Below, one piece after another: positions 30,749 through 44,201 of a DNA stretch of 64,000 nt (positions are counted from its first letter, which is position 1; each line of letters opens with the position of its first letter). Source of the stretch: Chrysomallon squamiferum (taxonomy: Eukaryota > Animalia > Mollusca); assembly GCA_012295275.1 (NCBI GenBank), contig CM022677.1:14074001-14138000 (forward strand), given 5' to 3'. Made by a program: the position numbers and the translations under genes. Under the pieces are notes generated by a model. It searched no databases, had not been told where the DNA came from, and saw only the letters and a program-made list of their open reading frames with translations.

Positions 30749-33700
30749 AGTGTTCATTCTAGTGCTTTGACTGTTTGTTTTCATAAAATTCAAAAACATG
30801 TATATATATAAAAAATAATGATTAAATCAGATTATCTTTTGTTGGTTGACAACAAATACCGAAGATGTTATCAATATATACATAATAAAAATAAAAACAC
30901 ACAAAGACTATTCTTTATTTGTTTATTTTTGTTTTGAATTATTTGAATGTGCCTTAACATTTTTAATGTTAAGAAACTGAAACAACTTAAGCATTATTTT
31001 CTATTTTGATTATTGTTTTTAGATAAGATGCAATGAGTTTGATTTTGTAAATGTCAGGATTTAAAACAGTTAAGAACAACTCATATTTTTGTATTAAAAG
31101 TATTTGTATTGTCACCCATTTACGTAACATAATTTACCTTGGAAACATAAATATCATTTTATACTTCATTTTTTAAAGAGATAATTATTATTTTCTTTCT
31201 TTTGAATTATTATCATATTTGTTTTTTGGTTTATTTATTAGTTTAATTTTTTTTTCACAGATTTTTTAATTGAATTAAACAGAAAATACAGATTATAAAC
31301 AAATTGGAAGACATTTCCAATTGCACATTTTTGAAATAATTTTTTGAATTTTATGAAAATGTGAAAGGCAAATTATAAAATACTCGGAAACATTCCTATT
31401 ATGTACATTTTTTTTGTTTCTCTTATTTTTTTTTATCATTTATAAATTATTTTCCGTTTTTTAAAGATTCCTTATTGAAATAATTCAATTATTCTTTCTA
31501 AAGTGGCAATGCAAATTATAAAAACTGGTAGAAATGTCTAAACAAAAATAACTGAATATTTAAGTTTTGTTATCTAGACAGGTTTTTAAGTAATTTCAAC
31601 TTGAAGATCATCATGTTTCTTCTAATTAAAAATTACAAAGTCATGGTTAATGCAAATAAAATTTTAATTTAGTTAATAGTTAATTTTATTAATAGTCATT
31701 GATTTTCCCATGATTTAAATAATTTAAAGACATTTTTAAAAAAAGACTTCCTGAATTATAAAAAAAAAAAAAAAAAAATTCTAATTACCCCAACTACACA
31801 GTTTTCAATTATATTTATATTAGCCCCAGCAAACTCACCTGATTTAAATGAGATAAAGAAAAACCTGGTTGTCACATTAATTTTAGCTTATTTAGAAAAA
31901 TGGCATTCCATAGCAATGATGCATATCCATTCCTCTTCCAGTGAGAAACATTAGAATAACCAAGCACACATCAAAGATAAAAACAGTGCAAGCTGCTATG
32001 AAGTACAATGTGTACACTGGATGTTCTGATCACATTGACAATGCAGTCTCTTGGAGAACACTGTGTTTTCAAAATTATTTCCCTTCAGATTTCTCTTTTT
32101 TTTCATGACTGTCTCAATATTTATAAATTCAAATTAGATTGATTTTATTGTCTTATATTTCAGACAGATTTTCTCTTGAAAGTGTTGAGCTTTCTCTGGA
32201 CAGGGAAGACTGTGATGTAATAGCATTCTGGTGCTCTAGTGAACCTTTTCTGAAAATGTGTCTTACAACATTTTCAACTGAAGTGCTGGCTGAGGCAGCT
32301 TGAATCTGTTGTCTAGGATCCTACAACAAAATATAATATTCATTAATGAACTAAACATAAAATATAGTGCAAGTAGAATTTTTTTTGTCAGCTCTAATTG
32401 CATTTCACTGACTTGGCAACAAGAATTTTTATTCAAATTTTTTTACCATATAATTTTAGTAAAAATAATTTATTTTTTTAACTTTTATATCAAAGGATTA
32501 AAATAGCAATACATCAATAAAAGAGATTATGAAAAATATTTTTTAATAAATTTGAATACTTCTGAGATTATTCTTACAATCTTTAATTAACCTTAACAAT
32601 CATTATAGTTACATCATTAATAACAAATTATTTGATTATTTAAAACATTTAATTGTAATATTCTTTCCTGCCACTTTAATGTAATTTAATTTTTACCACT
32701 AATGAAATATATTTTGTCTTATGAATAAACCACAATATTGCATTCAGGCAATAGTTATACTAATGATCATTAAGGTATATTTTAAAATGTATTTAAAACA
32801 AAGACAACATTACACATGCAATGTGATAAAACAAAGATGAATTTGAATCACATAAGTAATACTAAAGTATAATTTTTCATTAGAAACACCTTTAACAAAA
32901 TTAATACAGATCTGTGTTTCTTTATGAACTGATTTCAACATCATTCCTTAAGCCATGTAATTTTTGTGAGTTAGAAACGAAACTGTTTTGACTACTCCTA
33001 GTACAAATACAAGCTAAAAACAAATAAAACACTGCTAATGGAAGTAAACTAAGTCACCTGCTGCTCAACTTCCAGGTTTTTACCTTTGCCACTGTCACAC
33101 ACAGCCATCACAGTCGTCTGTCAAGTTTTAATGTTTGTCTTCCTCTGGTTTTAGCATTTTCAAGTTTTTCAAGTTTTTCCCCTGACATCTGACTGTTGAT
33201 ATTAGTGACCTGGGGGAAGACTCTCAAAGTCAGATTTGTTGTATGTCGGCTTCAATATCCAGGTCACCAACATTGATTCAAGCTGCCTCAGCCTGCACTT
33301 CAGTTGAAAATGCTGTAAGACCCATTTTCAGACAAGGTTCACTAAAGCGGCAGAACTTTCACACAACTGAGTCGATGCTGACATTGGACTAGAGACTGGA
33401 TGACTGACTGTTCAGAGTCTAATTGTTGGGTGCGCTGCCTCATATGAGTAAATAAATAAATAAATAAATAAAATACTGTATAAAATATAAATAAAATACT
33501 GCTACTACTACGTTTACTGCAACACTACATGCTACTTTTATTATCATCATTACTACAACTAATATTTACTGTTATTCCTTATTCAACTAGGGTTACTGTT
33601 ATTAAAATAATACTCCTATTACTAAAATTACTATCCATTAATAGTAGTAGTACCACCACTACAACCAATTATATTTAATCACCATGAGTCTCACAAGGTA

Positions 33701-35013
33701 CAAAGCTATGGAGACAGCATCATCAACTAAAACATCATCAAAGTCAATTCTGCAACATTACTATTAGTACTATTATTAATAATGCTACAAGTACTAATGC
33801 TGTAACATCTACATTACTACAACAACAGAAATGACTAATACTATTACTATAACAATAACAACCTTTACAGATGCTCCTTTCTGCCATATTCTTTGATGAC
33901 ATTTCTGTCTTGTGGTAAATTAGCTCATCTTGCATATAGAGCAGTTTCTTTACCTTTTTAGTTATGTATGTGTCCATCTCCAATGTATTTTAGTATGTCT
34001 GTCATTAAAAGAATAGTGATAGGAACGTGTCTGGTAACAGGAAAGTTTAACATTTTAAAATACTCTGTTTTAAAATATAGAAATTTACAACAAACTAATT
34101 AGGTCTATATGAATGGAAGTGTATGTGAGAGAGAGAGGGAGAGACATGTAACATGATATAAAATGTAGTGTATGTTACAAAATACTAAGGTATGTGTACT
34201 TATTGATATATTAGTTGCAAAAATGCAACTTCTTACTTTAAATTAAATTAAACTTCATTAGGTTTAGAATAATAAGAAATACATAAGAAAAACTAGTAAT
34301 TCACTTGTTCATTTTTTTTTTCTCTTTTCCAGTGGCAGCAAACTTTATCCTCAGTGCTGGACAGCACCTTCTACTGAAACAACTTCACTAGCAAACATCA
34401 ACATCAATTATGTGCATACTGAAAAAAATAAATAGAAAATAAAATAATAAAAATAAATAACTAATGTTTCTGTTATTATTAAAATTAAAATTTTGCTGTT
34501 ATCAGTTACTGGATTATTCAGACACAAAGGGGTGTGGGTTATTTTTGATATACTTTGTATATCCATTATAATGATAATGATGATAATGGTAATAATTTAA
34601 ATAATTAACAAAACAACAGGAAACAAATGATTATTATTATGCTGTTTTACAATCAGTAAAGAGTTGTTACTGTAAAACTTATTTTACTTACTAAGAAATA
34701 AAAATAAGATTAAAAAACTTACTACTTGGAATTGTGCAGTCTGCAGTGTCTGTACAGCTGATTCATCCTTCTCCATAATGTAAATTCCCTTTCTAGACAG
34801 CAACTGGACAATACTGCAATGACCTACATAAAATATTTAACATCAACAGTAAACAATGTTTTTAGCAATTCCAACATGAACATAATACTTTCTTTTTATC
34901 AATCTACATCTGTCTGATTAATGCATATGCTATTTTGATTATTATCATTCATGCAATATTTCTCTCTCTGTCTCACACACACACACACACAAACAAAACA
35001 TACCCTGCCACTG
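26905..35013. repeat. Segmental duplication copy 1 (~8.1 kb; direct partner 44646-53041)
   Basis: Colinear high identity from cgtaaattctgtccag to catacCCTGCCACTG; near-identical ORFs at 33744 and 51713; copy-specific indels. Confidence 0.95.
31840..35013 (-). pseudogene. 5'-truncated duplicate of the same multi-exon locus
   Basis: Same exons as in copy 2. The first exon is truncated ~10 nt from its donor, and the exon-5 acceptor is mutated (catatgag at 33441 vs catctgag at 51413). Confidence 0.55.
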
Positions 35014-35439
35014 TTGAGAGGTTAGCAAAAATACTAATCATAATAAAGACATTATAGAACAAAAAATAAAGTGAAATAAAGATATGTAATATTAGATACC
35101 TCAATCATGTTACAGAAATACTAACGCTATCAGAAAAAGCAGAAAATAAAATTAGATATGTAATTTATATTAAAAATATATAAATGTTAATAAGAACAAT
35201 ATCAGTAAAAGTGATTTTAATACTAAATGCAGTAAAAAGGAAAAAATAAAATCAGTGACACTATGGCAGTTTAGATTTATAATATTCTATAATATAATAT
35301 AATAAGCTTAGTATTAAAATGTTTCTAAATATAATTTGAACTTATGTTTGAAATTTGTATATGTGTTTGTATGAGCAAGTGTGTACGTATGCATATATGT
35401 AGATATGTGTGACGTGCACACATAAACCTGTATGTTTAC

Positions 35440-36490
35440 CTGTTAGCTCGTTTCAGGTCACTGACAAACTCTGCTGACTGCTGATTTCTGAGTTTTTAGA
35501 GATTTTCTCTAGAGAAGCCACTAACTCTTGTACTCTGAATTTCAGTCGTGTTTCTCTTCTGAGTGACTCAACAGGTCCTGAGCTATCTCCATCACATCAT
35601 TCAATCTCAACTCACAGATAGCTGGCACTGTCAGCTCATCATCTTCATCATCTGGATGATAAATGATTATACATTGAAATTTTGTAGTAATTATGAAAGC
35701 TATCAGATTATTATCCTTGTTCTTATGATATACAATTAAAATTTGATTATAATAATTAAATTAAAATTGTATGAAACATAAACAATTATCTTCTTCATCA
35801 TCATGATAAATGATTGAAACTCAGTTACCTAATAAAATTAAAATTATTAAATGATGAATCAAGATTTAAAACATTTAAAATTTTAATAATTTGAATTCAT
35901 TATTATTTTAAAAGAACAAGTTCAGTAGTTATGGCATATTAAATCAATGTTATAACAACCTATCATTATTTTATTATTACATTTCTGTTACACTCAGTAT
36001 TCTTAGAAAACATACTGTTTAAAATTATAATAAAGAACTGCGAATACAGCATCAGTAGTTATGACACACAGAATCATGACATTATATAGTAAGTTATTCT
36101 TTTAATTTTCTCTGTTTTATATGAACAAGTCAATACATTTAGAATACTCACTTAATAAAATAAATACTCTATCAAGTAAGTTATTACTATTATTTAGATG
36201 TGTTATCAGTGTTTAGAATACACACATAATAAAATCAGTATATGAAGTTGGTTATTATTATTTAATTTTTTCTCTGTTTAAATCAACGTTTACATAACAA
36301 ATAATAAAATCAATAATGTGAAATCTATCTACTATGTATGTTTCCACTGTTTATATACCTGCTTGTCTAGCTAGAGGATAAAGTGATAAATAAAACAGAG
36401 ATAATCACGCTTTGTGTTTGCCTTCTCTGCTGGTGTTCTGAGATCTCACACTTGAGATACTCTATCTGTACTCTGTAGGCCTGCTCCTGT
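35440..36490 (-). pseudogene. MCC: Two-exon fragment of an MCC (mutated in colorectal cancer / colorectal mutant cancer protein) homologue; exons ~36490-36409 (runs into gap) and 35651-35440
   Basis: QEQAYRVQIEYLKCEISE resembles the recalled vertebrate MCC AQEQAYLVHIEHLKSEVEE. ESLRRETRLKFRVQELVASLEKISKNSEI/QSAEFVSDLKRAN resembles RREKKLKARVQELVSALERLTKSSEIRHQQSAEFVNDLKRAN. There are two frameshifts and canonical AG/GT ends. Confidence 0.85.
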
Positions 36491-36690
36491 NNNNNNNNNN
36501 NNNNNNNNNNNNNNNNNNNNNNNNNNNNNNNNNNNNNNNNNNNNNNNNNNNNNNNNNNNNNNNNNNNNNNNNNNNNNNNNNNNNNNNNNNNNNNNNNNNN
36601 NNNNNNNNNNNNNNNNNNNNNNNNNNNNNNNNNNNNNNNNNNNNNNNNNNNNNNNNNNNNNNNNNNNNNNNNNNNNNNNNNNNNNNNNNN
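36491..36690. other. Assembly gap (200 N)
   Basis: Run of exactly 200 N. Confidence 1.
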
Positions 36691-36699
36691 TGGTAGCAT

Positions 36700-37160
36700 A
36701 CGTTTCAGTTACGTATTGCTGAATCTCAGTTTGGTCGCGCCAAAGCTGGAATGCCATATTTGTTTAGAAGTAATCATCCAGTGTCACAATTTGCGTCTAG
36801 AAAACAACACTCTACGTCAAAGTTTCGTGTTTTTAGTAAACACTCAGATACAAGTTTTATCATGTCTCGAAGAACCAAACTGGCCAGCAGATTTTTTAAT
36901 ACGTTTGCACAGTCCGACTTGTATTTGCAACTTTCACCCAAACGTTTCTTCACAAAAACACACGCCATTGTTTAGGACGAACAAGTACCACATTTCTTAA
37001 AATATACTGATTAAATATTAATTACCATAAAAATAAAAACACAGGCTATGGTGTAATTATTGAAAATCACCTTCATCTTTCTCCATCTCACTGACTCCAG
37101 CTTAGAAAAAGTATATTTCCCAACGCTTTGCCAGGAATTTACTACTTCTGTCAGGAAGAG
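36700..37160 (-). pseudogene. Possible decayed exons of a Cys-rich secreted protein
   Basis: Exon-like 37160-37070 (TTTTTAG...GAAG|GTGATT, one in-frame stop) and the frame CVFVKKRLGESCKYKSDC...ECCFLDANC; family not identifiable. Confidence 0.25.
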
Positions 37161-37194
37161 CTAAAAAAACAAAAAACACAAACACATCCCTTAC

Positions 37195-37226
<32 letters not shown>

Positions 37227-39356
37227 TTCGATCCTTTTGTTAATAACATGAATCTGGAAATGGGTATATTTCTCCACTAGAATAAAAGCTAAGTATCAAC
37301 TTTTTAGCAAGTTGAAAAAAGGGTACATAATTCTCTGTTTCCCTGCAGCATTCACAGATTTAGAGTTCTAGTTTTATTGTAATAACAAAGGTGACATACT
37401 TTTCTTTTCTTTTTTTTAATAATCTCTAATAAAGTCAATAATAAAAAAAGTTAATCTATAAGCACGAGCTAAATGTTTTCATTATCCACTGATCTTCTAT
37501 AAAACAAAATATTTTTCTTCGGCATTCAGCACTAGTAAATATCGTAATGTGGTCAAGTAAAAAAATCATTTTTTTATTATACGATGTTTTTTTTATTTAT
37601 TTATTTATTTATTTATTTATTATTATTAGTAGTAGTAGTAGTAGTACTACTAGTAGTTATTGAGCTTCTCAGATAAATGTCTTGCTCATTCTCACGTTTT
37701 TATTGTTATCTAAAAAAAATTAACAAATAAAAATTAAATACAAAAATACAACATCATGTTTTATTTCACAATGAAGAGGATTGAAAAGTGGATATCTCCA
37801 GGTTACTTGTCTGTGCAAAGCTATAGCTACGTCATAAAATGTATTGAAATCTAGATCTGTAGTGATGATGTTAACATTTCAAGTGCTATGGATGCTGAGA
37901 AGTAAAGAAATCGAATAAAGATTAAAGTTTTCTTTATATTACTATTGTTGTTTTGTCATTGTTGTTGTCGTTGTTCTTGTTGTTGATATTGTTTTATGTG
38001 TTTACTATAGCATTATAGTAAACATTACTGTGAAAACTTTGTGATTCAGAAATTTAGATTGGGCTTCCAGGTCAGCATGTTTTTATAAACAACAGTAGAA
38101 TTATATGTGAAATCCAAAATGTCGACAACGCTTCCATTCTAAAGTGACATTTTATTACATCAGAACATGTTTCACTGAAAAGCTAAGTAGGAGTAATTTT
38201 ACACGTCGTTATGAAAATAAGATGCATTTTGTTAATAGAGGCGCAGCGATAATATTATGTATTGAAAAGATGGCGAATTGAAAAATACAGCTGTTTTTTG
38301 TTTTTGTTTTTTTTAATTAACAAGATTAGATAATTTTATTTCGCAGTAAATAATTAGCTTATTGTTTAATTAAATGATATATCGTACCTAACAAGTTCAA
38401 TAATAAATCAACGTTTAAGGAAGCGTATTATTCTCTCTCTCCGTTTTTAATTTTTTAATTTTGTTTTATTAAGATACTAGAATTGCAGTTGAGAGATGGG
38501 AGGCTAGATTAAGATGAATTAACTTCACCATGTTATTGATATTTGCAAGTGCATCTTTCTTAAAGTAGTACTAAAATAGTCCAGAATATAGTGAAACATT
38601 AATAAAAGCAACATTATTATTAAAAGAGAAGTGAAAAGGTGAAAATGCGCAAGATGAACCTTATAACATTATAAGACAAGTTTTGTAAATATACTGCGCT
38701 GTTACAGATTAATTCTTATTTAACTGTAGAAAGTTATGTTCTATTATCTCCCATAAAAATTAATATTCAGCTAGGAATAATCTTGAGAGCTATATATAAA
38801 TGCGTTCATCTATATATAAGAAGAACATTTGTTTTTTCATTACTGCAAAACAAAGGACATTTCTGTTGCAGGTTTCAGGGACAAGCTTAGTTTTCTATGA
38901 GATAAAACGCAAATTAATTAACTTAGTTAACAAAATAAATAAATAAATAAATTTATTAATATTTATATTAATCTCGAAGATCCTTCAGTATTTTCAGCAT
39001 ACAGAGAACCTCTCCCATTGAGATAAAATATCATCGCTGCTTTATTATCAATATTTTCTGGAGTGTTTATCATTTCTTTTACTGACGTTTTAATTACAGC
39101 GACACCTGCACTTATCACTGTAATCTGAGAGGTAGATAGGTAGGTGGATAGACAGACGGACAGACCGATAGATGGAGAGTGAGACAGACATACATATATA
39201 GAGATAAATCCATAGAGAGACAAACAGACACACAGATAGATAGAAAACCCAAAACTGAACTGTATAATTAAAATGACCAATAAAAGAAAAGTTGTGAAAA
39301 GCGAGGTTAATGCATGTACAAACATTTTCTTAGAAGTTCATTTACCTATGAAATGT

Positions 39357-41068
39357 AAAATGTCTATCTATCTCTATGTCCATCAATGTATCTATCTGTC
39401 TATTATTTAACTATGTACATAAACACCGCCTCACTGATATCAACTTATATTTATAACTATCCTCTAAGGGAAACACGTATATTTTATTTTATATTTTAAA
39501 ACTATTTATTTTATATGTGTGGGACTGTGTGTGTGTGTGTGTGTAACTATATCTCTATCTATTTATTTGTTGATAATTGTTTCTTTCTTTATAATGACAA
39601 CTGTAAAACTGTAATACTGTAATTACGACATTAACGATTAAAAAACAACAACAATATTTGCAATAATACTACTTAAAATAATAAATAAAATAATAATCAA
39701 GAAAGAATGAAACAAGGGAGAAAGAAAAGATTAAGAAAGGAAATAAAATAATTAATTCACGCATATATTTATTATAAAGAAACAGTTACATTAAACAGAA
39801 ATAAACAAATAATATAGGGTAAGGTGGGGTAATTCTGGCCCACACATTCATGAGTAGTTTGGTCCTCAAATTTGCTATATAATCATTGTTTACTACTAAT
39901 AATAATTAGTCCTAATCATAATACAAGTCAAATTCAAAATTTCAATAAACTAAACTCCTTGACAAATATCACACAAGAATACAATATCTTTCAAGTCTGC
40001 ACCAGCTGGGATTTCAAGATTTGCGCAAGAATCAAGACAATACCAATTTGGGCACCCGTCACATCCTATGAACTCGTCAGAATTCATTCCATCATCAACT
40101 CTGCCACAGAGTTCACATTTTTCTTCTGTATCTACTACATCTCTGTCTTCTAGTTCAGGCTCATCACCATCAACGTTTTCTTTAGCTGCATCCACCGGTT
40201 CTGCTGTAGCATTCAAATTGAAATGCCGTTTTGACTTTGGTATCTTCTAATTGTTTTTGTTGTAATTTTGCCTTTAAAACATTTGCTTTCTTTGCCTTTT
40301 CTTCCTCCTTCTTCTTCTTCTCTGCCAACTCTTCTTCATACCTCTTGACACTTTCTTCCTCTATCAATGCCTTCGCATACCTCATCCTCTTGATTTTATT
40401 TGAAGTTTGACAACGTGCCCGCCACATGGACGTGGACTTTCAACTGTTTCAAAAAACTTAAATAAAACTCAGAACAGACTATATCAATGTCAAAACTATT
40501 GATTTCATCACCAAATATGAGGGCCAAGAAGTGTCTATAATATTTTCCGTTAAAGAGCACATTAATCACAGAACCTATAATACTTAATTATCACATAATA
40601 TCTGGTAAAATAAAATAATCCATCTGATTAGAGTAATCCGGAGAGTGAGAGAGAGAGAGTAAGAAAGCCAGAGGGAGATATTTATATGTCATAAGTACAT
40701 ACACTTCTGTTGGCCTGTCTGTCTTTCTGTATATAGAAAGGGCTTTCAAATTAATGGCACTGATTTCGAAATTAGAAAATAGTAGCAATACCCTATGTAT
40801 CCATCTGTTCATCTATCTTCAGTAACTATCTCTGTATGTAGGTATTTCTTTTTATCTATCATAAGCTATCTATCTAACCAATTAATATAATATTAATGTA
40901 CTAATTAGCCATTCCCTTTGGAAATGTTGCCACACCTACACCACGGTGAGGTTCAGTACACGTAGGGGATGTTAGTAATAGTTAGTATTTGTTACATGTT
41001 AGTATTTGGTTAACGGTTATACGCTTTCTCTCTGTCTGTTTTTCTCTATATCTCTCTTTCTCTCTGTC

Positions 41069-41118
<50 letters not shown>

Positions 41119-41483
41119 ATTCGATCTCTTCTCTCACAATAAAATTAACAATTTTACGCTCTAGAAATCATTATATTTGTGAAATTTAAATAACGTGTCA
41201 GTATGAAAAGGCTGAAAAACAGTATTTACATGTATTTGAAATTTTTATACTATATTTTTACAGTGAAATGAAATTTTTATGAAACCATACAAACTTACAG
41301 TCATAGTGAAATCCAAATCTCTGTTTCTCTAACCCATAATAAATAAAACAGAAATTTTCACGTATCAAAACGGAATTTCGTAACAAATTTAAATTCTTGA
41401 CCTTATTTTTACTCTGAATATCATGAATGAAAAATAAATTAAGGTTTTAATAAAGAAAGATTTTAAATATGTGAAATAAATTA
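39357..41483. repeat. Left arm of ~2.1 kb inverted duplication (palindrome; spacer ~930 bp)
   Basis: Reverse complement of 42417-44633; ORFs 39872(+) and 43817(-) are nearly identical. Confidence 0.95.
39817..40425 (-). mobile_element. 3' end of a DNA transposon (probably pogo-like) encoding a K/E-rich tail plus PHD-like finger; frameshifted
   Basis: CELC...FIGCDGCPNWYCLDSC...FLCDIC, preceded by a K/E-rich helix. Terminal sequence TA|GGGTAAGGTGGGGTAATTCTGGCCC looks like a TIR after a TA target site. Confidence 0.65.
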
Positions 41484-41976
41484 TATCATAATTATAAAAC
41501 ATATATCATATTACCCCCTGTAATAGCCGTAACCAAGCACTAAATCTTCCTAAACATCTCCCCGATAATGAGAACCAGTTTTGTAAACCGTAAGTGAGAA
41601 TGTTGATCGAGTGATCACTTCTCTCCTTCCATTTACTTGTTGTCCTTTTATTGAGACAGAGCGGGATGTGAATATGACAGCTGATGAGAGACATCATCAC
41701 AAGATGTAAATGCTGCTCCTGTAAGACGCTCATCAGCATCGTAATCCTCATAACTTACCCCACTCTGCAGTTGTTATGAAAAGTAAGTCAGAAACTGTTT
41801 CTGAAAACTCTCCTCAAACTGTTTGAGATTTCGTTCAAGTACTTTTGGCTCAGTTGCTGCTGCAGGGTAACAGAGGCAGTTCATTACTGAGGACAGTCAC
41901 ATGTTCTGCGTGTGTGTGTGTGAGACAGAGACATGTCACAGATTTTATTAGATAGTAAAAATTATTATTAAATGTT

Positions 41977-42261
41977 TCACGTAAGAGACATAACTCTAAT
42001 CCCAGTTTGTGAACACATATCACTAAAGGGAGATAACTATAATCGATGTAATTTTTACTTTGCTTAGTGAGTACATCTCACGTAAGGGACATACTCTAAA
42101 CTATGTTTGTGAACACATACCACTAAAGGGAGTTAACTCTAATCGATGTAATTTTTACTTTGCTTAGTGAATACATCTCACGTAAGGGACATATGTCTAA
42201 AATATGTTTGTGAACACATATCACTAAAGGGAAATAGCTCTAATCGATGTAATTTTTACTT
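41977..42261 (+). repeat. ~100 bp minisatellite, ~2.9 copies, in the palindrome spacer
   Basis: tcacgtaag starts at 41977, 42078 and 42178; each unit has tttgtgaacacata.cactaaaggga...taatcgatgtaatttttactt. Confidence 0.92.
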
Positions 42262-42779
42262 GGCGGAGTAAACTCCTCCCACTACCGGTGATACGTCAGG
42301 GCTTTTTATATATACAGTATATATATATTACTATTATTATTATTATTAGTAGTAGTAGTAGTAGTAATGGTGGTAGTTGTAGTAGTGGTAGTAGTGGTAT
42401 CTCTATTTGTGTATTCTTAATTTATTTCACATATTTAAAATCTTTCTTTATTAAAATCTTAATATTTTTTCATTCATGCTATTCAGAGTAAAAATAAGGT
42501 CAAGAATTTAAATTTGTTACGAAATTCCGTTTTAATACGTGAAAATTTCTATATTTTATTTATTATGATTAGAAAAAGAGAGATTTGGATTTCACTATGA
42601 CTGTAAGTTTGTATGGTTTCATAAAAATTTCATTTCACTGTAAAAATGTAGTATAAAAAGTTCAAATAGTAAATACTGTTTTTCATCCTTTTCATACTGA
42701 TACGTTATTTAAATTTCACAAATATTATGATTTCTAGAGCGTAAAATTGTTAATTTTGTGCTGAGAGAAGAGAGCGAGT

Positions 42780-42855
<76 letters not shown>

Positions 42856-42872
42856 GACAGAGAGAAAGCGAG

Positions 42873-43022
42873 TAACCATTAACCAAATACTAACATTTAA
42901 CAAACCACTGACAAAATTCTAACCATTAACCAAATATTAGCCATTAACTAAAAACTAACTGTTAACCAAATACTAACCGTTAACAAATACTAAGATTTAA
43001 CAAATACTAACCATTACTAACA
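42873..43022 (+). repeat. ~18 bp tandem repeat (taaccattaaccaaatac), expanded in the right arm only
   Basis: About 8 degenerate copies here versus about 3 at 40970-41020. Confidence 0.8.
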
Positions 43023-43589
43023 TCCCCTACGTGTACTGAACCACACCGTGGTGTAGGGGTGGCAACATTTCCAAAGGGAATGGCTAATTAGTACATTAAT
43101 ATAATATTAATTGGGTAGGTAGATAGACAGATAGATAGATTTATGATAGATAAATAGAAATACTACATACAGAGATAGTTACTGAAGATAGATGAACAGA
43201 TGGATACATAGGGTATTGCTACTTTTTTCTAATTTCGAATATAGTTAGTTTGAAAGCCCTTTCTATATACAGAAAGAGAGACAGGCCAACAGAAGTGTAT
43301 GTACTTATGACATATAAATATCTCCCTCTGGCTTTCTTACTCTCTCTCTCTCTCACTCTCCGGATTACTCTAATCAGATGGATTATTTTATTTTACCAGA
43401 TATTATGTGATAATTAAGTATTATAGGTTTTGTGATTTAATGTGCTCTTTAACGGAAAATATTATAGACACTTCTTGGCCCCCATATTTGGTGGTGCAAT
43501 CAATAGTTTTGGCATTGATATAGTCTATTCTGAGTTTTATTTAAGTTTTTTGAAACAGTTGAAAGTCTACGGTCCATCTGGCGGTCACG

Positions 43590-44201
43590 TTGTTAAACTT
43601 CAAATAAAATCAAGAGGATGAGGTCTGCCGAGGCACTGACAGAAGAAGAAAGTGTCAAGAGGTATGAAGAAGAGTTGGCAGAGAAGAAGAAAAAGGTGGA
43701 AGAAAAGGCAAAGAAATGAAATGTTTTAGAGGCAACATTACAGCAACAAAAATTGAAGATACCAAAGTCAAAACGGCAGTTCAATTTGAATGCTACAGCA
43801 GAACCGGTGGATGCAGTCAAAGAAAACGCTGATGGTGATGAGCCTGAACTAGAAGACAGAGATGTAGTAGATACAGAAGAAAAATGTGAACTCTGTGGCA
43901 GAGTTGATGATGGAACGAATTCCTGACTAGCTGATAGGAAGTGACGGGTGCCCAAATTGGTATTGTCTTGATTCTTGCGCAAATATTGAAATCCCAGCTG
44001 GTGCAGACTTTAAAGATATTGCATTCTTGTGTGATATTTGTCAAGAAGTTTAGTTTATTGAAGTTTTGAATTTGACTTGTATTATGATTAGGACTAATTA
44101 TTATTAGTAGTAAACAATGATTATATAGCAATCATCAGTACAACAAATTTGAGGACCAAATTACTCATGAATGTGTGGGCCAGAATTACCCCACTTTACC
44201 C
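43590..44201 (+). mobile_element. Mirror copy of the PHD-transposon 3' end; stops/frameshifts
   Basis: Ends GGGCCAGAATTACCCCACTTTACCC|TA; disrupting lesions differ from the left copy. Confidence 0.65.

Noticed and set aside
40430-40590. Helicase-like motif (TIDFITKYEGQEVSIIFS)
   Set aside because: Short, interrupted, and altered in the mirror copy; not supportable.
41977-42261. CRISPR-like array
   Set aside because: Whole ~100-bp units repeat with no unique spacers; eukaryotic context with no cas genes.
39817-44201. Single intact transposon insertion with TA target duplication
   Set aside because: Inverted homology extends well beyond the TIRs, both ends are 3' ends, and no DDE catalytic region is present.
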